64,000 nt of DNA from NCBI RefSeq assembly GCF_022045235.1, contig NW_027266286.1:40858001-40922000 (forward strand), in the 5' to 3' direction. Both the position numbers and the translations under genes were made by a program. The notes under the pieces were generated by a model. It was given only the letters and a program-made list of their open reading frames with translations, did no database searches and was not told the DNA's origin. How positions within the stretch are numbered: position 1 is the stretch's first letter; the number at the start of each line of letters is the position of its first letter. Source of the DNA: Haliotis cracherodii (lineage: Eukaryota). Shown one piece after another: positions 23,101 to 33,600 of this stretch.

Positions 23101-26100
23101 CCTACATTCAAAATGTAGTGCGCTATTGGTGTTTAGTTGTTAGGTTCCTTAAACAGTAATAATGACGTGGTCATTGTGATACAGATTTAATCAGTACACA
23201 GAGTATACTGACATCGTCTTTAGGTATATTGTGTCATATATATGCATATGTTTCATGTAATATCATATGATATAAAGTGTTCTTCGTGATACTAAGCTAC
23301 TATTGGCGGTCCGGATTGGTCGTACTTTTCGGGAGTCTGCTGGTTATATGGCAAGTACCTGTCTTCACATCTCAAATACCCCATCGGCCTCATAGCATCA
23401 TCATACGGAGGAACCCGAGTGGAGGCGTGGTCAGCTCCCAATGTTCTCAAGAAATGTGGTGTAAGCGATGTGTCTGGTGTGAACCCGAACTCTGCTTCTG
23501 TTCTGTGGAATGCCATGATGCGACCCTTCCTCAACATGACCATATACGGAGCAATCTGGTATCAAGGTAAAAACTGTTACTCATTAGACCTGGTGCCATA
23601 TACATCTATTTCAGTGGATTAATGTCTCACAAAATAGTATACATGTAGTACTGTTTAATATAGCTAAAGGAATATAGGTGAAAATACAGAAAAGGGTACT
23701 TTCCGTTGTATCTTAAAAGCATGACCATATGGGGATTAGTTCAAGATGATACAGATATGTCTACATCTGGAAAATTCCAGATTACACCTCTCACATTACA
23801 ACTCTTTACAAATGAATCTTGGCACCCGGTGCTCTTGTTGTGTGGAGGAGTTGTTGTAGGGGCAGTGGACGAGAGTATCCCTCCTCAATACAGCTGAAAA
23901 TCCGGTCCTTACTTAGTCAGCACGCTTGGGAAACGTGAAATAATGTCTGCATCCTCAACTCCTATTTTGTGATTTAAGAGGGGCTTCTGTGTAAATAACT
24001 TCATAAACGAGCTTAACAAATTATGAAGAGTTGATGCCAGTGTCATACAACCTATGAATCAAATAATAACCAGAGCCACTGTGGTTGATGACTCAAAGGA
24101 TGAACAGACCACCATTTGACCAAACAATGAATCAGTGCAACTTCTCTGGATGACTCAGTGGCACACAAACCACTTGTAGACCAAGCAATGAACCACTATA
24201 TGGTGCATCAATATTCTGTGTCCAGGTGAAGCCAATGCCCTATCTCCAACTATGAACCAGTACAACTGTACATTCCCAGCCATGATAGAGGACTGGAGAG
24301 ACAAGTTCCATCAAGGATCAGGAGGACAAACTGACCCAGTCTTTCCTTTTGGATTTGTACAGGTAGGATTTCCTATGAGTGAAGATTGAGGCTCAGAGTA
24401 AGTAAGTATGTTGTGCGGTCGGGTAGCCTTGTGGCTAAAGCGTTCGCTCGTCACGCCGAAGACCCGGGTTGGATTCCCGAGGTGGGTACAATGTGTGAAG
24501 CCCATTTCTAGTGTCCCCCGCCTGCTGAAATATTGCTAAAACCGATAAATCGGGGGAATGTTTCAATATTTCTTTGCTGAATGGGTAATGTATTCCACAA
24601 TTTGATCGCGGATGGTATAAACGAGGATTCAGATAACTTAATTCGTAATAGAGGAGTTATATTGTGAGCGGTTCTAAGGTTGTATGTTACGTTTGTCCTG
24701 ACAGATAGAGGTACTAGATCTTTAAGGTATGAAGGTGTCATATTGTTATACATTTTATAGAATAAACACAATTTACGTTTTCTCCTGCGCTCTGATAGGG
24801 GTTCCCAGGAAGTTTCGAAATATAATTTTTTGACGGAAGTATAGGTTGATAAACCAGTTACAATTCTTGCTGCTTCCAGTTGGAGTTTTTCTAATCTGTC
24901 ACTCTTCTCCTTGGTACAACCGTCCCAAACTTCACATGCATATTCAAAATGTGGTCTAATAAACATTACATAAATCTTATTCAACACACTACGACAGAGC
25001 ATATACTTAAGCTTTCTCATGGAATGAATCATCTTTGATGTTGTTTAATAATTGAATCAATATGGCCTGACCACTTGCCCGATGACGACAATATAACACC
25101 CAGGTGTTTGTGTTTTTTAAAATTTTCAAAGTTTTGATTATCCAAAAATAATTTCAAAGTTCTCTGCGGCTCTTTTGTGGAAACGAGAATTGATTTTGTT
25201 TTGCTCGGATTATATAGAATTGAGCCCTTTCATTAATTTTGTTTAAATTGCTATTCATAGTAGTTTCTATATGTTCAATGTTATTAGATGATATCCCCAG
25301 GGATGTGTCATCGGCAAATCTTGTTGCATAGTTCAATCTGTCAGTAATATCATTGATGTACACAAGGAACAAGAAAGGGCCTAGTGCCGATGTACACTAG
25401 GTGTGAGTGTTTGATAGGTGAAGGTATTCACGCATTATTTTTCTGCAACCACCAACAATTTTAGAGAATTGTCATCAGATTCAATCAATGTTCAATATTA
25501 TATTGTTTTCTTGGTTATTTTAAACATTTTCATCAATTTTCTTTTCAAGATAATCAAATCTGCTTATACATCTTTTTCTATGGAAAGACGATTAAACTGT
25601 TAGAAGCATTCATTATAGTACATGCGTTTGACCAAATTCTGGGAAACATATTAGTTTCTACTATTTCATAATGGAACACTTAAATTATTTCCCGTGTTAT
25701 TTGCTTCATTAGCGTTTGAGACCCGTGAAGATCCTGGGTAGACTAGGTCTTCAGCAACCCATGCTTGACGTAAAAGGCGACCATGCTTGTCGTCAGAGGC
25801 GACTAACAGGATCGGGTGGTCAGGCTCGCTGACTTGGTTGATGCATGTCATCGAGTCCAAAATGCGTAGATCGATGCTCGTGGTATCAATCACTGGATTG
25901 TCTGGTCCAGCCTCGACTTTTACAGACCGCCACCATTTTACCTGGAATATTGCTGATTGCGGCGTTAAACAACAAACAAACAAAAAACTAGCGTTTGAAT
26001 TATTTATGGGGATATTCGTCTTTGAGACACATTTCCCCAACAGAAATAATTAGTATATGTTTGTATGCAGCTTGCTCCATGGCGAAACAATGACACCATT

Positions 26101-28588
26101 ACTACCGGCTTCACAGACATTCGGTGGCACCAGACAGCTGACTATGGCTACGTCCCTAACGACAAGATGAACAACACCTTCATGGCGGTGGCCATGGACC
26201 TGCCCGACTTTACCTCTCCATACACAAGGTATATCATTATGCCTACGATATTCTTTTAAAGCGATAACATGAAATCTTAATTTATCTTTGGAAAATGTTG
26301 TGCACTTTATACTGTTGAATGTACTTTCAGTATCCACCCCCGGGACAAGCAGGATGTGTCCATGCGTCTGTGTACAGCTGGACTTGCTGTGGCCTACAAC
26401 CAAATTGAGTACTCTAAATTCAACGGCCCCATTCCTTCTTTGTTCACAATCTGGGTAGCTGACAGCACTATACAGATAGACTATGATAACAAACAAACTG
26501 TTCTGGACATCAGATCAACAACAGGATTTGAGGTGATTTCCAATGAACATTTACTTTAAGACTAGATACCTTTGGTGGGAGAGAAAAGTGGCATATTTCA
26601 ATGGATTTAAGGAAATCGAGACCTCTTTCATTTACAGAAATCATGAATAATTTCAACAAGTACAAATATAAATATGCATCAAAGTATTTAACCTGAACAC
26701 TGAATTGCAGTCAGGTGAGCTTAAAGGCTATTCAACCAGCCACAAGTCAATTTCTTTTACAGACAATCAAATGGTAGCAATGTTTATTTACAGCCCCAGA
26801 CATAGATCAAGTTGTTGGAAGTTGACTTTAAAGAGTTAAAGTTCATTGGTATTTTCCTGTTTTGACACAATATCACAGTCAACATGTTTTAGATATTGAA
26901 ATATGTTAAAATGCCTTGAAATGACTCTGAAACCATCAGACTAGACAGAAGTTGTTATTGACGGAAATGTTCCCACGTAATATGACAATAACCTTGACAA
27001 CAATTCCAAAACCGAAGTGTCTTCAAAATCGTTCACGACTCAGCGTCAGGTGTGACTTTGACAACTTAACACCAATCTCTTGAATTTACTCCATTTACCC
27101 TCTGAGGATGATTGTGTCAGATATTTGGTTTGTTGTTTAACGCCACACTCAGCAATATTCCGGCTATATGACGGCGGTCTGTAAATAATCAAGTCCGAAC
27201 CAGACAAGCCTGTGACTGACATCATGAGCATCGATCTACACATCTAGGATACGATGACATGCATCAACCAAGTCAGCGAGTCTGACCACCCGATCCCGTT
27301 AGTCGCCTCTAACAACAAGCATGGGTTTGTGAAGACGAATTCTGACACGGATCTTCACGGGTCAGATGAGTCAGAGCTGGCAAAGTGGCTGGAGCAGTGG
27401 TCAAAGAACAATGTTCCATCGGATTCCAGCCCGGGGAATACATCGTTATTGTGCTGTATGGTTCCCCTCTCAAAACACTCTGCAAATATTCCGGACCTAT
27501 GTTATCTTTTAAATCGGCCATTAGAACGAAGTCGTCTCCTATGCTATGTTCATATCTCATCATATCTTGCAATTTCCTTTCCTTGGGATGCACAGTCACG
27601 GCTAAATCTATCATGTTCTACCAAATGGCAGTACAGCCAATGATAACTTACTGTCATGACAAACACGACCGTCACCATCGTAAACGAAACAGAAGGCGAC
27701 TCATCTGTGAACAAACTGCAACTGGTTGGCATTCGATCGTCTCCATTAATGAAGATAACGTGCACGATGATGCACTAAACAGCGGTGGCCGCACAGACGG
27801 TTTTTGAGCACTAACATGATAAAGCCTATAACTAGCCCATTGGCTGTCCATAAGGTACCAGCGGTCTCTTCCGGTGTAAGGCGTCTTCCTAATGGCATTT
27901 TAAAGGGCAAGCCATCCTTGCATAAAATGACTAAGAGAGATGTTGCAAATGGCATGTACGTGTCTTGGAAACTACTGCTCAAAAACGTCCATTTTCACAT
28001 ATACATGCATATAACAATGCATGAGAATGGTGTGGATCTCTCCAGCTTTGGTCAGACCAAGTGTATGGACGTGAACATCAGCCGAAATGAATAGTATAAC
28101 ACATGCTTTCCATATTGTTTCATGAAAAATATCAGTCTCTTAAGTAAAATGTATGTATATTTTGGAGGAAAATGTTACCTTTTCTGAACAGCCATTTCTA
28201 GGACGTTTCCAAAATGCGCTTGTCTTCAGCAAGAATGCAACAAACCAATTGATTATTATATTGTTATTGATTTCTCCTTAATTCTTCTGCGATTCAGGTA
28301 TCATGCATTACCTTGGACAAAAGGTCTGCTCTTGTTGAAGTCTCGGAAAACATTACGTGGTTCCCTCTTCCAATGGCGTCACATGACGACACGTCAGTGA
28401 CCTTCAACTACAGCCAAATATGTCTACAGCCTAAAGACATGATGGTGTCTGCACTACGTTACGCCTGGAGAGAGTCGCCCTGTCCTCTTAAACAGTGTGC
28501 AGTCTACAACAAGGAAAGTGGCTACCCGGCGCCACCTTTCGTCAAATATATCATTGAAGATAAATCTAATGTCAAAATAGTAAAATAA
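20157..28588 (+). CDS. SIAE: Sialate O-acetylesterase-like protein, tandem copy 3 (subfamily A), 8 exons, ~537 aa
   Basis: Exons join(20157-20232,21584-21924,22421-22559,23297-23566,24226-24362,26071-26228,26331-26532,28298-28588); 1614 nt, open frame. Signal-like MERTVWIVLLVVIKVSALTA. Same motif set as copy 2, with matching internal exon lengths (341,139,270,137,158). Confidence 0.92.
20282..21045. mobile_element. Non-autonomous TTAA-flanked DNA transposon (Kolobok-like) in intron 1 of copy 3
   Basis: TTAA|AGGGCAAGTTGTA ... TACACTTCCCCT|TTAA: imperfect TIRs with a TTAA duplication. Confidence 0.6.
24414..24543 (+). mobile_element. tRNA-derived SINE (same family as 56139-56306), 3'-truncated at a LINE fragment
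   Basis: gcggtcgggtagccttgtggctaaagcgttcgctcgtcacgccgaagacccgggttggattccc...tgtgaagcccatttc is near-identical to the 56139 copy. Confidence 0.85.
24545..25400 (-). mobile_element. Degenerate CR1-group LINE reverse transcriptase 3' fragment in intron 5 of copy 3
   Basis: Minus-strand GPFLFLVYINDI...RFADDTSL, KHLGVILSSS, and ORF 24508-25032 (IYVMFIRPHFEYACEVWDGC..RLEKLQLEAARIVTG..WEPLSERR..SFIPSAIKLWNTLP). Confidence 0.85.
25720..25988 (+). mobile_element. V-domain (RUDI-like) SINE with perfect 10-bp TSD
   Basis: Starts GACCCGTGAAGATCC, contains cagcaacccatgcttgtcgt..gaggcgactaa and ends in (AAAC)n. TAGCGTTTGA is repeated at 25710-25719 and 25989-25998. Confidence 0.85.
27125..27364 (-). mobile_element. 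V-domain (RUDI-like) SINE in intron 7 of copy 3
   Basis: Reverse complement begins GACCCGTGAAGATCC and matches the 25720 copy through the tail. Confidence 0.85.
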
Positions 28589-28848
28589 ACCGTGTCATAA
28601 CACTTGGTTTGATATGTGTGGGTTTTAAAAAAACAACTAGTAATGACCACTGTGACAGAACAACAGTAGGGGACACACTATACGCACTTAAAAATGCACT
28701 GGGCTCGTAGATAAAAGAACATATTCTTGCAGTTAACGCACTTTATGATATTTGCTGCACGCATACATCTGCATTAAAAAAGCAGGCGTAGTGTTCCACT
28801 TTGAAGATACATGTATTTAAGGCTTGGCAGCGAGACAGATTGTAGGAG

Positions 28849-29473
28849 AACATCTTCCCTAGGCAAGTGAGTTAACTGACTATAAAACTCCAGTTTCCAC
28901 CCTTGCCGAACTAGGCTGGAATTTCCAGGTTCGATCGTAAGGCCACCAGTGGCTATTATGAGTTTTGTCCCTTCTATATCCCTCCAATTGACCAATCAGA
29001 TTCCAACTCTCGTATCACTTGCATTTTCAAACAAAATGGCGGCGCCCTGTCAAGACGATCTGATCGATAATCAAGATTTATATTGTAATAAAACTGGTCT
29101 TACCTCGCGAAGTGCATCAAATCACTTGAGCATCTTCATTAAAAACATGAACGGATTTGCAAAATATCTGTCGACGCCCAGTTAACGGTACATATACTTT
29201 GCAAATCCTGCAGTCGACCGAAATCAGCACGTTGAAGTCCATGTCAGCAAACCGGCGGTGTAGCACCAAACGCAAATGCTTACACTTTGAAATTACAAAA
29301 AAAATAATTCACACAAAAGAACTTTAGTGTGTTCTTCTTTCAGCCGTTTGTTATAGTTACCAGACTCGTTAGTTCAGCCAAAATGTAACTCCGGAATTCA
29401 AGCCTAGTTCGGCAAGGGAGGAAACTGCATGGACTATTAAGGTCAGTTATCGCCCTTGCCCCAGGAAGATGTT
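28849..29473. mobile_element. MITE with ~80-bp imperfect terminal inverted repeats, between copies 3 and 4
   Basis: aacatcttccctaggcaag...cccttgccgaactaggctggaatttcc at the left end; ggaattcaagcctagttcggcaaggg...cttgccccaggaagatgtt at the right end. Confidence 0.8.
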
Positions 29474-30606
29474 TGGCCAATGGCCGGACATATATTATGT
29501 TATCAGGGAATCAAAGAATGCTGAATAACTGAATGACATCGCTCGTGCAGGAGATATACTTGTCACACCTTAAGGAGGGAATAAGTACACTGCCTTTGAT
29601 ATTTAAAAGATCTATTTAGCGTGGTTCAGGTTTGAGGTTCGGTGTCTTATGGTTGTAAGCTGTCGTTCAGCCGAGTAGCTTGCCTATTGTTTTGACCATA
29701 TGAAGTTCAATGCAGTTACCACACATTCATAGTTGCTTTAAACCGAGCTGCCTGGGTAGGTATATAGGTAATATTGACTTAGTGAGTTTGGTTTAACGCA
29801 GCCTTGAACAGTATTTCAGATTTATCAAGGGCTGTCAACTTGTAATACCATAATATCTTCACTGAAAAGTAACATATCTATGGTCCATAGTTTATAAATA
29901 TAATAAATGTAGATATGTTACCTTCATAATATAATCTATAAAATCTTGAGTGAATCTTACACTTACACGGGCGTTTTTAAAAGCAACAAATTTCATTTAT
30001 CTAGTTAACTTTACTCTAGATATTTTTGACATTTTAATATTTTTACGACAAAGATCTACTTACCTGCAATATGACCATAAGAAACTGTACAAGTTTATGG
30101 ATAACAACTTCTGGGTTATTTCATTTTGCGACGTTACGATGTAGATTCTAACACCGCCATCAAGCTATTTACTTACCGACTTCTAGAATGCCAATCAAAC
30201 TGTATAATGATCACACTGCTGAGTCAGGAGCGTGTTATTTTTGTCTGACCTGTGAATAAGTAACCCGTCAACTTGAGAGACCGATAGTGAGAATTGTTCG
30301 TAGATTTTAGTAATGGGAGGTAACTCTAACTTACGAACCCTCACATTGATAACAATAACATTGGTCACGAGGGTTTGTATTTTTAACTTTGCTCAGTTCA
30401 GTCTCTATCTGGATCTATATACAGGAGTGCTAAGTATTTAGGAATACTTTATTCATCTGCTATTGCCAAATGTAGATGTGTCATCGCGGGACTAACTTAA
30501 TTGACCGAGGCTTCCGCGTTCACCTGTTGAGCTGTTGAACTGTTCTCCTGCTGAGCTTGAGTTGAAATACTTTACTACGGTAGCGAAAACAGGTTTAGCA
30601 AGAAAG

Positions 30607-33600
30607 ATGGGGTCGATTGATTTCCTAGTCCTACACTGCGTGTTTCTGTCGCTGCTTTTGTTGACTGCTGCTCAGGCAGTAGAAGAACATTTTGAGCATG
30701 AAGATGAAATCTACGGAATGTTTCAGAACGGATTTCCGAATGACGGTAAGGGACTTGAAATGAAAGTAACTTTTTGAATGCTCTGGTACATTATGATTGA
30801 TAGTGATACAGTAGAGCACATGGGTCATTCAGTGCTAGTGTGTACATTGCATACTATAGTATGACAGAGAGTAGCTACTGTCTGCAACAAATCAACACAA
30901 TAATGAACAATGTTTAAATCACTGTAAATGTGTACAGTATGCAGTCAATCCAGTACCGTATGTACTCAAATGCAATCTTTCTTCAATCATTGTTTTTATT
31001 TTATCAAGAACATTATTAGAATATTCCCCAAGATTTTTTTTTGTTTATCGTTTTTATTATGTGTTACAAATAAAAGTTGTACTATGCGAGCATATATATA
31101 GTAGATCTACATCCTTTATTCATAATATATGATATGTGAAATGTGAAAACACCATCGGCACACCTTAACCATGTTAAGCCTAATTTAAGCATCTTGCTTC
31201 AATAAACGCTCCCCGACCAACTTCTTGACCAATTGATAAGTATAGACTTTATAGGCACCCCCTTCATGGACCAAACATGTACAAGATTGTATATTTCCTC
31301 CTAGTCCTATATATATTAGATATGTTTCAGAAACAGCAGCGAAGAAGGGGTATGTTTCATTGCCCATGAACTTTTATCTAAAATATTTCATTGATGTTTG
31401 AACTAAGTATGTTCACTTCCGTTCGATCTCTCTTTGACAACAAATTTAACTCAGTGTTTAGTTTTATTAAGTCACCAATTTTGGTACACAATGAAGCCAT
31501 GTTTGTTTACAGTTATAGAAGTGCTAATACTTTGAGCAGTGTGTAATTAACGTTTTGGGAACATTATCGAAAGGTTTTTGAGCAAGTCTGCTTCACAAAC
31601 TGAAAGCAGTTCCTGCTGGGTGACTTCATTTGCATATTTAATAGTGGATTGGTTTAATGCATCTTAAACTTGCAGGTTATGTGTTGGATCCTCCAGAATA
31701 GTAGGGTTGTGAACCCCTCATCTTCAGTCAAAAAAGTTGATAACGTGTGTAAACTACGATGTGCAAATATCTAAAAACATAATACCTTTCTGAGTACAAC
31801 CCCGATCCTGCATGATAATTTTGTAGTTACATAAATTCATAACATGATATGATATTCAGTTTAAGCCAGTCACTGGTACCATTCATCAGTTTTGGGAGCT
31901 GGCCTAGTTGCCTAGGCAGTGCTCTTCTATGCAGTAATGTGTCTTAATGATCCATTGGTTTGTGTCCCCGAACTGCCCTGATTATTCAAGCTGACATGAC
32001 CCAGCTGTGTCCCATCGGTCATCCCTCCCACATCTTGCTGACATGACCCAACTTGGTCCCATCGGTCATCCCTCCCACATCTTGCTGACATGACCCAGCT
32101 GTGTCCCATCAGTCATCCCTCCCACATCTTGCTGACATGACCCAGCTGTGTCCCATCGGTCATCCCTCCCACATCTTGCTGACATGACCCAGCTGTGTCC
32201 CATCGGTCATCCCTCCCACATCTTGCTGACATGACCCAGCTGTGTCCCATCGGTCATCCCTCCCACATCTTGCTGACATGACCCAGCTGTGTGCCATCGG
32301 TCATCCCTCCCACATCTTGTTGACATGACCCAGCTGTGTGCCATCGGTCATCCCTCCCACATCTTGCTGACATGACCCAGCTGTGTCCCATCGGTCATCC
32401 CTCCCACATCTTGCTGACATGACCCAGCTGTGTCCCATCGGTCATCCCTCCCACATCTTGCTGACATGACCCAGCTGTGTGCCATCGGTCATCCCTCCCA
32501 CATCTTGCTGACATGACCCAGCTGTGTCCCATCGGTCATCCCTCCCACATCTTGATGACATGACCCAGCTGTGTCCCATCAGTCATCCCTCCCACATCTT
32601 GTTGACATGACCTTACTGTGTCCCATCGGTCATCCCTCCCACATCTTGCTGACATGACCCAGCTGTGTCCCATCGGTCATCCCTCCCACACCAAGCTGAC
32701 ATGACCCAGCTGTGTGCCATCAGTCATCCCTCCCACATCTTGCTGACATGACCCAGCTGTGTCCCATCGGTCATCCCTCCCACATCTTGCTGACATGACC
32801 CAGCTGTGTCCCATCGGTCATCCCTCCCACATCTTGATGACATGACCCAGCTGTGTCCCATCAGTCATCTCTCCCACATCTTGCTGACATGACCCAGCTG
32901 TGTCCCATCGGTCATCCCTCCCACATCTTGTTGACATGACCCAGCTGTGTGCCATCGGTCATCCCTCCCACATCTTGATGACATGACCCAGCTGTGTCCC
33001 ATCAGTCATCCCTCCCACATCTTGCTGACATGACCCAGCTGTGTCCCATCGGTCATCCCTCCCACATCTTGTTGACATGACCCAGCTGTGTGCCATCGGT
33101 CATCCCTCCCACATCTTGATGACATGACCCAGCTGTGTCCCATCAGTCATCCCTCCCACATCTTGCTGACATGACCCAGCTGTGTCCCATCAGTCATCCC
33201 TCCCACATCTTGTTGACATGACCCAGCTGTGTCCCATCAGTCATCCCTCCCACATCTTGCTGACATGACCCAGCTGTGTCCCATCAGTCATCCCTCCCAC
33301 ATCTTGATGACATGACCCAGCTGTGTCCCATCAGTCATCCCTCCCACATCTTGTTGACATGACCCAGCTGTGTGCCATCGGTCATCCCTCCCACATCTTG
33401 ATGACATGACCCAGCTGTGTCCCATCAGTCATCCCTCCCACATCTTGTTGACATGACCCAGCTGTGTCCCATCAGTCATCCCTCCCACATCTTGTTGACA
33501 TGACCCAGCTGTGTCCCATCAGTCATCCCTCCCACATCTTGCTGACATGACCCAGCTGTGTCCCATCGGTCATCCCTCCCACATCTTGCTGACATGACCC

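Noticed and set aside
6429-26496. Recurrent minus-strand ORFs such as MVMLRKGRIMAFHRTE... (6429, 13236, 23292) and 26050-26496
   Set aside because: These are antisense shadows of the duplicated SIAE exons and have no independent features.
27385-28094. Several 70-140 aa ORFs in intron 7 of copy 3, including an HDKHDRHHRKRNRRR stretch
   Set aside because: Overlapping ORFs on both strands with no domain signature; probably part of an unclassified repeat.
31331-31349. Candidate micro-exon in intron 1 of copy 4 (tttcag|AAACAGCAGCGAAGAAGGG|gtatgt)
   Set aside because: 19 nt (or 13 or 10 nt from alternative AGs) would break the phase-1 frame that exon 1 and exon 2 already satisfy. There is no support without RNA data.
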